Assembly (NCBI GenBank): GCA_016929435.1 | Contig: JAFGIV010000014.1 | Coordinates: forward strand, 1 to 58,444 | Reading direction: 5' to 3' | Length of the DNA: 58,444 nt | Source of the DNA: Candidatus Uhrbacteria bacterium | Lineage (GTDB): Bacteria; Patescibacteriota; Patescibacteriia; SG8-24 | Part shown: one piece after another, positions 34,339 through 44,216 of the stretch | Position numbering within the stretch: the stretch's first letter is position 1 | Layout: the number at the start of each line of letters is the position of its first letter | The notes under the pieces: generated by a model | The model's input: only the letters and a program-made list of their open reading frames with translations | What the model was told of the DNA's origin: nothing | Databases searched by the model: none | Position numbers and translations under genes: made by a program

Positions 34339-36351
34339 ATGAATGTCACCGAACTGGCCAGACGGCTGCGGGTCCATCCCGCCGAACTCCTGGAGAAGCT
34401 GCCGCTTCTCGGTTTTGACGTTGGACGCAGGGCCATCAAGATAGATGACCGGACAGTCCCGAAGATCATGGCCAAGTGGTCGGAGATGTCCAAGCGGGAG
34501 CGGTTGAAGGCCAAATACGCCCAGGAAGAGGCCGTGAAGAAGGACGCGGTCGCCAGGGTCAAGTCAGTCACCCTTCCGAAGCTCATCTCCGTGCGGGATT
34601 TCGCGGCCAAGCTTAGCCTGCCCCTGAACGTCTGCATCGGCGAGCTGATGAAAAACGGCATATTGGCCTCGGTCAACGAGCAGATAGATCGGGATACGGC
34701 CAGCATCGTGGCCGAGGATTTGGGGTACCGGGTAGAGAACGAGGGACAGGAGGAGAATGCGGAAAAGGCGGCCAGCATGTCCGCCGAACAGCTGAAGGAG
34801 ATGATCGGACGGGAGGAGGAGGGGAACCTCAAGCCCCGTCCGCCGGTCGTGGTGGTCATGGGCCATGTTGACCACGGGAAGACCGCCCTTCTGGACGCCA
34901 TCCGGAAGACCAACGTCATTGCCACCGAATCCGGCGGAATAACTCAGCACATAGGGGCCTACCAGGTGGAGAGGAAAGGCCGGAAGGTCACCTTCATTGA
35001 TACCCCCGGACACGAGGCCTTTACGATCATGCGCTCCCGCGGGGCCCGGGTGGCGGACATCGCCATCCTGGTGGTGGCGGCCGATGACGGCGTCCAGCCG
35101 CAGACGGTTGAGGTCATAAAGATCATAGACGCCGCCAAGCTGCCTTTCGTGGTGGCCCTGAACAAGATGGACAGGCCGGATGTCGATCTCCATCACGTCA
35201 AGACACAGCTTTCGGAAAACAACCTGATTCCCGAGGAATGGGGCGGCAAGACCGTCATTGCGCCGGTGTCGGCCAAGAACGGGACCGGCATCGATGACCT
35301 TTTGGAGACCGTACTTCTGGTGGCGGACATGAACCGGGAAAAGATAGTCGCCAACCCGGACCGGTCGGCGGTCGGGACGATCGTGGAATCGCATGTCGAT
35401 AGCGGGGAAGGTCCGGTGGCGACCGTCCTGGTCCAGGCCGGAACCCTGAACCGCAATGACCTTTTGGCCATCGGCGATTCCGCCTACGGCCGGGTCAGGG
35501 CCATGAAGGATTGGCAGGGCCGGACGGTTCCGGAAGCGACTCCCGGCATGCCGGTCCGGGTCCTGGGCTTTAAGGTGGCGCCGCAGGTCGGAGATATCGT
35601 GGAGGTGCCGGAAAAGGGAAAGAGGCTGGTTCCGGTCAGGAAGGAATATGCCGGTGACCGGCAGTCCTCTGCCGCCGTCAAGCCAACGTCTTCCGATGAC
35701 GAGGAGGGGGGAGAGGAGGGCGGGTTCAAGGCCCTGAACGTCGTCCTGAAGGCCGATGTCCTCGGTTCCCTGGAGGCGATCGTCGGCACCCTGGAGAAGA
35801 TGGTTACGCCGGAGGTTGGGGTGAAGGTCATTGGCCGGGGGTTGGGCAACATCACCGACGGGGACATCATGGCTGCCGAGGCTTCCGGTGGGGTGGTTGC
35901 GGGGTTCAATGTCCTGGCCACCAGGGATGCGGAAATCCTGGCCAAGGACAAGAAAATCGACATCCTGACCTACAAGATAATCTACGAGCTGTTTGATGAG
36001 GTGAAGCGGCGCCTGCAGCTGATGCTTCCGGTGGAGGTTACCCGGACCGATCTGGGCAAGCTGGAGGTTTTGGCCCAGTTCCGCAGCGACAAGACCGGAC
36101 AGGTGGTCGGCGGGCGGGTCATTGAGGGGTACCTGGTTTCCGGAGCCAACACCGTCATATATCGCGGCGATCAGCCGATCGGTGAGGGGAAGCTGGTCCA
36201 GATCCAGTCCGGGAAGGCCGACGTCAAGGAAATCCACCAGGGGCAGGAGTGCGGGATAAAGATCGCCTGCCGGACACCGATCGAACCGGGCGATGTCGTT
36301 CGGGTGTTCACTGAGGATCGGAAGGAAAGGACCCTGAACCTGCCTAGGTAG
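34339..36351 (+). CDS. infB: Translation initiation factor IF-2 (short)
   Basis: MGHVDHGKT, GGITQHIGA, DTPGHEAF..MRSRGA, NKMD; ATG 34339 close behind a TTGACT...TATAAC promoter. Confidence 0.97.
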   Translation: MNVTELARRLRVHPAELLEKLPLLGFDVGRRAIKIDDRTVPKIMAKWSEMSKRERLKAKYAQEEAVKKDAVARVKSVTLPKLISVRDFAAKLSLPLNVCIGELMKNGILASVNEQIDRDTASIVAEDLGYRVENEGQEENAEKAASMSAEQLKEMIGREEEGNLKPRPPVVVVMGHVDHGKTALLDAIRKTNVIATESGGITQHIGAYQVERKGRKVTFIDTPGHEAFTIMRSRGARVADIAILVVAADDGVQPQTVEVIKIIDAAKLPFVVALNKMDRPDVDLHHVKTQLSENNLIPEEWGGKTVIAPVSAKNGTGIDDLLETVLLVADMNREKIVANPDRSAVGTIVESHVDSGEGPVATVLVQAGTLNRNDLLAIGDSAYGRVRAMKDWQGRTVPEATPGMPVRVLGFKVAPQVGDIVEVPEKGKRLVPVRKEYAGDRQSSAAVKPTSSDDEEGGEEGGFKALNVVLKADVLGSLEAIVGTLEKMVTPEVGVKVIGRGLGNITDGDIMAAEASGGVVAGFNVLATRDAEILAKDKKIDILTYKIIYELFDEVKRRLQLMLPVEVTRTDLGKLEVLAQFRSDKTGQVVGGRVIEGYLVSGANTVIYRGDQPIGEGKLVQIQSGKADVKEIHQGQECGIKIACRTPIEPGDVVRVFTEDRKERTLNLPR

Positions 36352-36412
36352 GAAACCGGAACGTCCGCCTGTCAGGCAAAAAACGCATTAATAAGCTATT
36401 CAGACGTTGATT

Positions 36413-36733
36413 ATGTCCATTGAGGTCAATGACGCCAATTTCGACAGGGAAGTCCTGGAAAGCGAGTTTCCGGTATTGGTTGATTTTTGGGCTCCCTGGT
36501 GCGGTCCGTGCCGGGAGATGGGGCCGATCCTGGATAGGCTGTCCGAGGAGATGAAGGGCCAGCCGGTCCGGATCGTCAAGGTCAACGTGGACGAGAATCC
36601 GGGCACTCCCGGCCGTTACGGGGTCATGAGCATCCCGACCCTGATGATCTTCAGGTCCGGCCAGCCGGTCGATCAGATGGTCGGGATCCAGCCCAAGGAA
36701 GTCCTGGCCGAGAAGCTGGGGGCGTTGATGTAG
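36413..36733 (+). CDS. trxA: Thioredoxin
   Basis: DFWAPWCGPC, SIPT. Confidence 0.97.
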   Translation: MSIEVNDANFDREVLESEFPVLVDFWAPWCGPCREMGPILDRLSEEMKGQPVRIVKVNVDENPGTPGRYGVMSIPTLMIFRSGQPVDQMVGIQPKEVLAEKLGALM

Positions 36734-36756
36734 GCGGATGGTTTGTTTGGGCGAAT

Positions 36757-36783
36757 AAAGACCCGGCAGGGGCCGGGTTTTTT
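36757..36783 (+). terminator. Terminator after trxA
   Basis: ACCCGGC-AGGG-GCCGGGT-TTTTT. Confidence 0.8.
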
Positions 36784-36971
36784 GTCACGCGATTTTTTGG
36801 GCGGATTTTTATGACGCTTGACAATTTTTTGTCAGTAAGCCCAATTGAAATCGATACAGGAACAGACATGCAGCCAATCCGACGGTTTCGACGGAGCAGG
36901 GGATAGCCCCGGCTTTTTGGTGCAGTCAATTTACCTCTACCACCCAAATCAAGTATCATATACGTAAACAT

Positions 36972-37901
36972 ATGCGCGACATCATCATCATCGGCGGCGG
37001 GCCGGCCGGATATACGGCCGCCATCTACGCCGCCCGAGCCAGCCTTTACCCGCTGGTTCTGGAGGGGGGAATGCCCGGGGGGATGCTTACGACCACCACC
37101 ACGGTCGAGAATTTTCCGGGTTTTCCGGAGGGGGTGGACGGCCCGGAGCTGATGTCCCGGATGGCCGACCAGGCCAGGCGGTTCGGGGCCAAACTGGAGA
37201 CGGTTAAGGTTACTTCGGTGGATTTTTCGTCCCGGCCGTTCAGGGTTTCCTGCGGCGACCGGACGGAGGAGGCCAAGGCGGTCATCATCGCCACCGGCGG
37301 CAGGCATCGGCAGTTGGGCGTCCCGTCCGAAGAGGCGCTGAAGGGGAAGGGCGTGTCGTATTGCGCCACCTGCGACGCCTTTTTCTTCCGCGGCAAGACC
37401 GTAGCCGTGGTCGGAGGCGGTGATTCGGCGATCGAGGAGGCTGATTTCATCAGCCGGTTTGCGGAAAAGGTCTATCTTCTTGTCCGGCGGGACGTTTTCC
37501 GGGCGTCCAAGGCCATGCAGGACAGGGCTTTCGGGAACCGGAAGATAGAGGTCATCTGGAATGTCCTGGTGGATGACGTTTTGGGGGCCGAGGAGGGTAG
37601 GGTGACAGGCGTCCGGATTAGGGGGTCAAAAGACGGCACTGTCCGCGAATTGGCCTGTCAGGGGGTGTTTCCGGTGATCGGACATGACCCGAATACGGCA
37701 ATTTTCGCCGGGCAGGTGGAACTGGATGAAGCCGGATATGTCCGCCTGTCCTCGGAACGGACGACCGCCACTTCCGTGCCCGGGGTTTTCGTGGCCGGAG
37801 ACGTGGACGACAGCCGCTACCGCCAGGCCATCACGGCCGCCGGTGAGGGTTGCCGGGCGGCCTTGGATGCCCTGCATTTCCTGGAGGACAATCCCGTTTG
37901 A
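36972..37901 (+). CDS. trxB: Thioredoxin reductase
   Basis: GGGPAG, CATCD, GGGDSA, FVAGDV. Confidence 0.97.
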   Translation: MRDIIIIGGGPAGYTAAIYAARASLYPLVLEGGMPGGMLTTTTTVENFPGFPEGVDGPELMSRMADQARRFGAKLETVKVTSVDFSSRPFRVSCGDRTEEAKAVIIATGGRHRQLGVPSEEALKGKGVSYCATCDAFFFRGKTVAVVGGGDSAIEEADFISRFAEKVYLLVRRDVFRASKAMQDRAFGNRKIEVIWNVLVDDVLGAEEGRVTGVRIRGSKDGTVRELACQGVFPVIGHDPNTAIFAGQVELDEAGYVRLSSERTTATSVPGVFVAGDVDDSRYRQAITAAGEGCRAALDALHFLEDNPV

Positions 37902-37902
37902 G

Positions 37903-38343
37903 ATGACGAATCTTGGACCAGAGGGCAAGTCCGGACTTTGGCGCCGGATCAAACCCTGGCATTGCGGCCTCTCGGTCGGGTCTGTGACGGCTGCGGTGCT
38001 GGTAGCCGGTTGGTTCCGGGGCGATCGGGAGGCAGCGGATATCGGACTGTCCGTGACCCTTGCCTTGGCGACGGGGGCGGCATTTTTCGCCTTAGGGAAA
38101 GCCAGGTTCTTGGCCTGGTCAGCGGTTTTTTCGGCCGGCTGGCTGATCGGCCTGGGGTCGGCCGTCGAGATTTTTGCGGGTGAGGGTTTCGATCGGCAGG
38201 GTTTCGTGGTCCTGGCCACGGTCCTGTTCTGGCTGGTCCTGTCCTTGGTCATTGGGTTCCTGGCGGAATTCATCCTGGCGGTCCACCGCCTGACGCACCG
38301 GCTATGCGGTGACCGCCCGGAAAACCGGGAAAAACGCCCTTAA
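37903..38343 (+). CDS. Hypothetical membrane protein (about 4 TM)
   Basis: Hydrophobic ORF directly after trxB. Confidence 0.6.
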   Translation: MTNLGPEGKSGLWRRIKPWHCGLSVGSVTAAVLVAGWFRGDREAADIGLSVTLALATGAAFFALGKARFLAWSAVFSAGWLIGLGSAVEIFAGEGFDRQGFVVLATVLFWLVLSLVIGFLAEFILAVHRLTHRLCGDRPENREKRP

Positions 38344-38445
38344 CATCCGCTCGGTTCTGTAGTAAGTTTAGCCAATCGGGAAATGGCGTTTTGTGCGGCA
38401 CGGAAGGGATACCCAACGTGCCCGCCCGTAAAAACACGTTTAGGT

Positions 38446-40905
38446 ATGCCCTCATACGATTTCAGGAAAGTGGAGAAAAAATGGCAGGACCGCTGGGAGG
38501 AAAGCGGCATTTTCAGGAGCGATGACGATGCCTCCAGGAAGAAGTTCTATGCCCTGGACATGTTTCCGTATCCGTCCGGAGACGGGCTGCATGTCGGCCA
38601 CCCGGAGAGCTACACGGCCACGGACATCATCAGCCGCAAGCGGCGGATGGAGGGTTGGAACGTCCTGCATCCCATGGGGTTCGACGCCTTCGGTCTGCCG
38701 GCCGAGAACCACGCCATCAAGAAGGGGATCCACCCCCGGATCAGCACGGAGCGGAACACGGACAACTTTCGCCGTCAGCTGAAATCGATCGGTTTCAGCT
38801 ATGACTGGTCGCGGGAGATCAGCACCTGCGATCCGGCCTATTACCGGTGGACCCAATGGCTTTTCCTGTTCCTTTACCGGCACGGTTTGGCCTATAGGGC
38901 AAAGGCCCCGGTCAACTGGTGCGATTCCTGCCAGACGGTCCTGGCCAACGAGCAGGTTGAGGACGGGATTTGCGAGCGTTGCAGGAATCCGGTCCGGCAG
39001 AAGGACCTGGAACAGTGGTTCTTTCGGGTGACGGAATACGCCGACCGCCTGCTGGATGACCTGGAGGGGCTAGATTGGCCGGACCGCATCAAGAACGCCC
39101 AATCCAACTGGATCGGGCGGAGTGAGGGGGCGGAGATCGTCTTCCGCGGCCGTGCCTCGGCTGAATCGTCGTTGGGCGACCGCGATTTCGACGTTAGGGT
39201 TTTCACCACCCGTCCTGACACCCTGTTCGGCGTGACCTACCTGGTCGTTTCCCCGGAGAATCCCCTGGTCCTCGGAGTCTGTCCGCCGGAGCGGCGGCCG
39301 GAAGTTATGGCCTATATGGAGGCTGCCCGGAAGAAATCCGAGCTGCAGCGGGTCAGCCTGGAACAGGACAAGACCGGCGTGCCGTTGGGGGTTTACGTCA
39401 CCCACCCCATGACCGGGGAACCCGTGCCGGTTTGGGTCGCTGATTATGTCGTCGCCACCTACGGCACCGGAGCGGTCATGGGCGTTCCGGCCCACGATGA
39501 CCGGGATTTCGCCTTTGCGGAAAAATACGGGTTGCCGGTCGTGGCCGTTATTGCCCCGCCGGATGGGCAGGGGAACCCCGAAAACGGGGGGAAGGGAGCC
39601 GGATCCGCCCTCTCCGCCGCCCATACCGGTCCCGGGGTCCTGGTCAATTCCGGCGATTTCAACGGGATGGATTCGGTTGAGGCCCAAACGAAAATCGTCG
39701 TGGCCCTGGAGGATGCCGGGGCCGGGCGGTGCCGGGTCCAGTACCACCTGCGCGATTGGCTGGTTTCCCGGCAGCGCTATTGGGGTGCGCCGATCCCGAT
39801 CGTCTATTGCGACGAATGCGGGGAGGTGCCGGTCCCGGAGTCTGACCTGCCGGTCCTCCTGCCGGATGACGTTGATTTCCGCCCGACCGGGGAATCTCCC
39901 CTGGCCCGTTCCGCTGATTTCCACCGCGTCAAGTGCCCGAAATGCGGCAAGCCGGCCCGTAGGGAGTCGGACACCATGGATACCTTCGTCGATTCCAGCT
40001 GGTACTTTCTGCGCTACTGCTCACCTAATTTCGGCAGTGCCCCGTTTGATTCCAGGGAGGTCGCCTATTGGTGTCCGGTGGACCTGTATGTCGGCGGGGC
40101 GGAACACGCCGTCCTGCACCTGATGTATGCCAGGTTCCTAACCAAGGCCCTGAACGATCACGGACTGGTCGGGTTCGGCGAACCTTTCCTGAAACTCCGG
40201 AACCAGGGACTGATCATGGGGGAGGACGGTCAGAAGATGTCCAAGTCGCGGGGTAACGTCATCAATCCCGATGAGGTGATCGAAAGGTATGGGGCCGACA
40301 CCCTGCGCCTGTACGAGATGTTCATGGGCGATTTCGAGGCGGCCAAACCCTGGGACACCAAAGGCATCACCGGATGCCGCCGGTTTTTGGACAGGGTCTG
40401 GCTGGAAACGCACGACCTGGTCCATCACGGGAAGGAAAACACCGACCATGGCCTGACCGCCAGCCTGCACCGGACCGTCCGGAAGGTATCGGGGGACATT
40501 GAGTCCTTCAAGTTCAACACGGCCATCGCTGCCCTGATGTCCCTCCTGAACGATTGGCAGGGGGCCGGGGCCGCGGATCGGGAATTTGTCGAGACTTTCA
40601 TAAAGCTCCTGTCCCCGTTCGCCCCGCACCTGGCCGAGGAAATGTGGGAGCTTTTGGGCCACCAGCACAGCATCCTGGAATCGCCCTGGCCGTCTTATGA
40701 CGAAAAAATGTGCGAGGATAGCGAGGTGGAAATCGGGGTTCAGGTGAACGGTAAGGTTCGCGGCCGGTTTGCGGCCCCGACGGACCTGTCGGAGGATGGC
40801 CTGAAGTCCGCTGCCCTGGATTCGGTCAGGCCATACCTGGAAGGGAAAGAGGTGGTGAAGGTGATCGTCATAAGGGGAAGGGTGGTCAGTATTGTCGTGA
40901 AATAG
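38446..40905 (+). CDS. leuS: Leucine--tRNA ligase
   Basis: MFPYPSG.GLHVGH, FTTRPDT, RQRYWG, KMSKS. Confidence 0.97.
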   Translation: MPSYDFRKVEKKWQDRWEESGIFRSDDDASRKKFYALDMFPYPSGDGLHVGHPESYTATDIISRKRRMEGWNVLHPMGFDAFGLPAENHAIKKGIHPRISTERNTDNFRRQLKSIGFSYDWSREISTCDPAYYRWTQWLFLFLYRHGLAYRAKAPVNWCDSCQTVLANEQVEDGICERCRNPVRQKDLEQWFFRVTEYADRLLDDLEGLDWPDRIKNAQSNWIGRSEGAEIVFRGRASAESSLGDRDFDVRVFTTRPDTLFGVTYLVVSPENPLVLGVCPPERRPEVMAYMEAARKKSELQRVSLEQDKTGVPLGVYVTHPMTGEPVPVWVADYVVATYGTGAVMGVPAHDDRDFAFAEKYGLPVVAVIAPPDGQGNPENGGKGAGSALSAAHTGPGVLVNSGDFNGMDSVEAQTKIVVALEDAGAGRCRVQYHLRDWLVSRQRYWGAPIPIVYCDECGEVPVPESDLPVLLPDDVDFRPTGESPLARSADFHRVKCPKCGKPARRESDTMDTFVDSSWYFLRYCSPNFGSAPFDSREVAYWCPVDLYVGGAEHAVLHLMYARFLTKALNDHGLVGFGEPFLKLRNQGLIMGEDGQKMSKSRGNVINPDEVIERYGADTLRLYEMFMGDFEAAKPWDTKGITGCRRFLDRVWLETHDLVHHGKENTDHGLTASLHRTVRKVSGDIESFKFNTAIAALMSLLNDWQGAGAADREFVETFIKLLSPFAPHLAEEMWELLGHQHSILESPWPSYDEKMCEDSEVEIGVQVNGKVRGRFAAPTDLSEDGLKSAALDSVRPYLEGKEVVKVIVIRGRVVSIVVK

Positions 40906-40929
40906 GGTTTTATCCACAGGGTACCGAAC

Positions 40930-40958
40930 AAAGACCGGCGGTTTTTCCGCCGGTCTTT
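40930..40958 (+). terminator. Terminator hairpin after leuS
   Basis: AAAGACCGGCGG-TTTTT-CCGCCGGTCTTT. Confidence 0.8.
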
Positions 40959-41016
40959 GGTTTTTGGGCCAAAATCAGTCTTGACCGAACCGTGCCAAAA
41001 GGCAATAAAGACCCGG

Positions 41017-42552
41017 ATGCTGTCCAAACTGGCGCAATCCCCATCGAAAAAAGTCCTGGTCCTGACCGTAACCTTTCTGGTCGGGACGGTTCTCCATGCG
41101 GTTTTTGAGTTTCCTTGGCCCGGAAACGGGTATTTTTTGCCGTTCGGCTGCTTTCTCCTGCCTGCCTCCCTTGCCTTCAGGCGGGGGACACCCGGCCGGT
41201 TATCGTGCCTGATCGCAGCTGTCCTGCTGCTGTCGTCTTGGCGCTACGAATCCGCCCTGGCTGGCCTTCCGCCCCCGGTCGAATGGCCGAAATCCAGCGT
41301 CCGGTTTCAGGGTGTCCTGGTTCAGCCGGCCCGTCAGACCATTCGGGGAACGGTCTTGACTTTCGGGAATGTCCGGAGGTTTTCCGAAAGCGTCTGGGAG
41401 GGGGTGGATGGGCGGTTTCGGGTCTGGATCAGGCCGCCGGAAACCGTCCCGTTCGGTCCGGACCTGGAATGGTCCTGTCGGGTTTGGCCGCCGGATGTCG
41501 GGATGCCTTTTTCCTATTACCTGGAACGGGTGGTCGGGGAGTGCAGCCTGCGCGGTCCGCCGGCCGTTGTCGGCGGGGAGGGGGTTTCGGTCGGTCCCAT
41601 GGGGCGATTCCGCGATTACCTGCGCCGGGTGGCTGCCGGACTGTGGCCGGAACCGGAATCGTCGTTCATGCTCGGGCTGCTTTTGGGGGATCGGGACGGG
41701 ATTCCGGCGGAAATGACCGAGGATTTTCGGGAGACCGGCACTTCGCATATCCTGGCCGTTTCCGGATACAACATCAGCCGGGTGGTTGGTTTGGCCATGA
41801 TGTTGGCGGCTGCGGTTCGTTTGCGTCGCCGTCGGGCCGCTCTCCTGTCCGGGGCGGCCGTAATCGGTTTTTCCGTTCTGGTCGGAGGGCAGGCCTCTGT
41901 CATTAGGGCGGCGCTTATGGGCGGCATCGGGCTTTTGGCGATACTCTGGTCCAGGCAATCCGGTGGCGGCAATGCCCTATGGCTGACCGCGGCCGTCATG
42001 CTGGCCGTTTCCCCGCTGGCCCTGAAGCACGATTTGGGTTTCCAGCTGTCTTTTGCGGCGGTTTGGGGTTTGGGGGCGTTCGGTCCCGGGCTGTCCGAAC
42101 GGTTCGTTTTTGTTCCGGAGGCGTTTGGATTGAGGCAGTCCGCGGCCGAAACCCTGGCCGCCACCCTGGCGACCGTACCGATCATCCTGTTCTCTTTCGG
42201 GCGTTTGCCGCTGGTCGGTCCCTTGGTCAACCTGGTGATCCTCCCGTTCATTCCCTGGTCAATGATGCTTGGGGCCGTATCCGTTGGTTTGGGTTCGGTC
42301 AGCCGCTGGTTGGCCCTGCCTTTCTCCTGGTTCGGGTTCGTCCTGCTGCGGATTGTTGAGGCAGTGGTCAGGTGGTCCGCTGGACTGGGGTTTTGGGCGA
42401 TTGAGGCGGATATCGGCCCAGCGGTGGCCGTTGTTTTGGCGGTTTGCCTGGTCGTGTGGGGATGGGGATGGAATAGGGCCGGTACGGACCGTCGTCGCTC
42501 GTCTTCCCCCCATGAGTTTTCAGGCCCCCCTAAGTCCCCAGCGCCCCCCTAA
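41017..42552 (+). CDS. comEC: ComEC/Rec2 membrane (Competence) domain protein
   Basis: GLLLG, GTSHILAVSGYN, SVIRAALM, GFQLSF.A; its stop codon falls inside the left family-A repeat. Confidence 0.92.
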   Translation: MLSKLAQSPSKKVLVLTVTFLVGTVLHAVFEFPWPGNGYFLPFGCFLLPASLAFRRGTPGRLSCLIAAVLLLSSWRYESALAGLPPPVEWPKSSVRFQGVLVQPARQTIRGTVLTFGNVRRFSESVWEGVDGRFRVWIRPPETVPFGPDLEWSCRVWPPDVGMPFSYYLERVVGECSLRGPPAVVGGEGVSVGPMGRFRDYLRRVAAGLWPEPESSFMLGLLLGDRDGIPAEMTEDFRETGTSHILAVSGYNISRVVGLAMMLAAAVRLRRRRAALLSGAAVIGFSVLVGGQASVIRAALMGGIGLLAILWSRQSGGGNALWLTAAVMLAVSPLALKHDLGFQLSFAAVWGLGAFGPGLSERFVFVPEAFGLRQSAAETLAATLATVPIILFSFGRLPLVGPLVNLVILPFIPWSMMLGAVSVGLGSVSRWLALPFSWFGFVLLRIVEAVVRWSAGLGFWAIEADIGPAVAVVLAVCLVVWGWGWNRAGTDRRRSSSPHEFSGPPKSPAPP

Positions 42553-43031
42553 ATCCCCCAATACTGGGGGACTTAATAGGAAAATTTTATTCATAAGTCA
42601 AATAAGAACATGATCGAATATAGGGAGCCGTATCGACAAGAACTGGTGATGATTGCCAGGGGAATGAGGATGAACCCGACCGAGGCGGAAAGGGTACTTT
42701 GGAGTCGCCTGAAAGGAAGACGACTTGGGGTTAAGTTTAGGCGACAACACCCGATCGGGCGGTTTGTCGTCGATTTTTGCTGTCTCCAATCGCGACTCGT
42801 GATCGAAGTTGACGGAAGCATCCATAAAGACCGAACGGATTATGATTGGGAACGCAACCAGCACCTGCAACAACTCGGCTATCGGGTGATGCGTTTCTCG
42901 AATATTCAAGTTCTTCTTCAGACCGATCGGGTTATCGGTCATGTCGATTCAATGATCGCCCATCCATCTCGGCCGAATATATATAAATATTATTCCTAAT
43001 AAGTCCCCCAGTATTGGGGGATTTAGGGGGG
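42544..43031. mobile_element. Putative 488-bp mobile unit: DUF559 gene between 37-bp inverted repeats (1 mismatch)
   Basis: 42544-42580 versus reverse complement of 42995-43031; same core palindrome dispersed elsewhere; no clear target-site duplication. Confidence 0.65.
42610..42999 (+). CDS. DUF559 / Vsr-like endonuclease
   Basis: ARGMRMNPTEAERVLW..L, FRRQHPIG.FVVDF, IEVDGSIH, D.ER...L..LGY.V.RF. Confidence 0.92.
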   Translation: MIEYREPYRQELVMIARGMRMNPTEAERVLWSRLKGRRLGVKFRRQHPIGRFVVDFCCLQSRLVIEVDGSIHKDRTDYDWERNQHLQQLGYRVMRFSNIQVLLQTDRVIGHVDSMIAHPSRPNIYKYYS

Positions 43032-43114
43032 CACCGGAGATCTGAAGGGGAGCAACCGGCCCGACTCGACCCGCCATCGGCAGGCCAGCGGGTTCAAAAG
43101 GTCCCGGGCCGACG

Positions 43115-43148
43115 AATAAGTCCCCCAGTATTGGGGGATTTAGGGGGG
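43115..43148 (-). repeat. REP-like unit, family A, extra copy downstream of the element
   Basis: AATAAGTCCCCCAGTATTGGGGGATTTAGGGGGG, identical to 42998-43031. Confidence 0.9.
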
Positions 43149-43195
43149 AGACGGGGGATTTGGAGGATCAAATAGCGTATATTGTCTTGGTCAAT

Positions 43196-44092
43196 ATGAC
43201 TTTTTTCAGGAATTTTCTCGTTTTTGCCGTAATCGGCCTTGTGACCGTTGCCGTTGCCTACGGAATCGGTCTTTGGCGATTGGCACCGGATCGTTCGGTC
43301 GTTGATTTTCTGGACATCGGCCAGGGTGATGCCATCGTGGTTCGGCAGGGAAAAACCGAGGTCCTGATTGATGGCGGACCGGATCGGTCGGTCCTTTCCC
43401 AGCTCGGACGGGTCATGCCGTTCTCTGACCGGAAGATCGAGTTGGTCGTGGCCACCCATCCCCATGACGACCATATCGTCGGCCTGCTCGATGTTTTCGG
43501 CCGTTATGGAATTGGGGAACTGGTGATTCCCCGGGCCCTGTCCGGGGAATCCGCCTACCGCCCCCTGCTGGAGAGGGCCGAACGGTTCGGCGTGCCGGTA
43601 CGGACGGTTACGTCCGGGGACAGGTTCATTTTGGGCAATGCCGCCCTGACCGTCCTGTGGCCAGGCGACGATTGCCTGGACCGTTTGGCCGGGCTGGAAT
43701 TCGAGTCTGGAGAACATGACCCGGTGAATGTCTGTTCCCTGGTTTTCCGTTATGACCATTGCGACGGGAACGGCTGCCGTCGGGCCCTGCTGATGGCCGA
43801 TGCCACGGGAATATCCGAGGCCCTGATGCTGGAGGACGGGACGTTACCTTCGGCCGATCTCCTGAAGATCGGCCACCACGGCAGCCGATTCGCCACGACC
43901 GCCCCCTTTCTGGAGATCGTCAGGCCGAAGGACGCCATTATCCAGGTTGGGGAGAAAAACACCTTCGGGCATCCCGGCCATGGCGTCCTGCTCCGTCTCC
44001 GGCATGTCGGTGCCGAAATCTGGCGCAATGACCGGAACGGACCGATTCGGGCCGTTCCGGAAGGGAAGGGGTTTGGGGTGGAAGAGAGGTGA
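43196..44092 (+). CDS. ComEC-associated metallo-beta-lactamase-fold nuclease domain
   Basis: FLDIGQGDA, LIDGG, THPHDDH, LKIGHHGS, N.FGHP. Confidence 0.92.
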   Translation: MTFFRNFLVFAVIGLVTVAVAYGIGLWRLAPDRSVVDFLDIGQGDAIVVRQGKTEVLIDGGPDRSVLSQLGRVMPFSDRKIELVVATHPHDDHIVGLLDVFGRYGIGELVIPRALSGESAYRPLLERAERFGVPVRTVTSGDRFILGNAALTVLWPGDDCLDRLAGLEFESGEHDPVNVCSLVFRYDHCDGNGCRRALLMADATGISEALMLEDGTLPSADLLKIGHHGSRFATTAPFLEIVRPKDAIIQVGEKNTFGHPGHGVLLRLRHVGAEIWRNDRNGPIRAVPEGKGFGVEER

Positions 44093-44216
44093 GGCAATCC
44101 TGCCCCTGTCCGGAAATCGACGCCCCCGCCGTTCTGGGGGCGTTTTTCTTCCCTTGAAAACCAGCCGTTCCTGGCCTATAATCCACTCACGGACAATTAA
44201 CCCAAAAAACAACGAT

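Noticed and set aside
36869-36925. GGTTTCGACGG (tmRNA-like 5' motif) within small hairpins between trxA and trxB
   Set aside because: No GGGG 5' acceptor strand, no T-arm or CCA end, and too little space for tmRNA; structure too weak to call an RNA.
40905-41017. Replication origin suggested by a DnaA box
   Set aside because: Only one box here, no AT-rich unwinding element and no dnaA/dnaN nearby.
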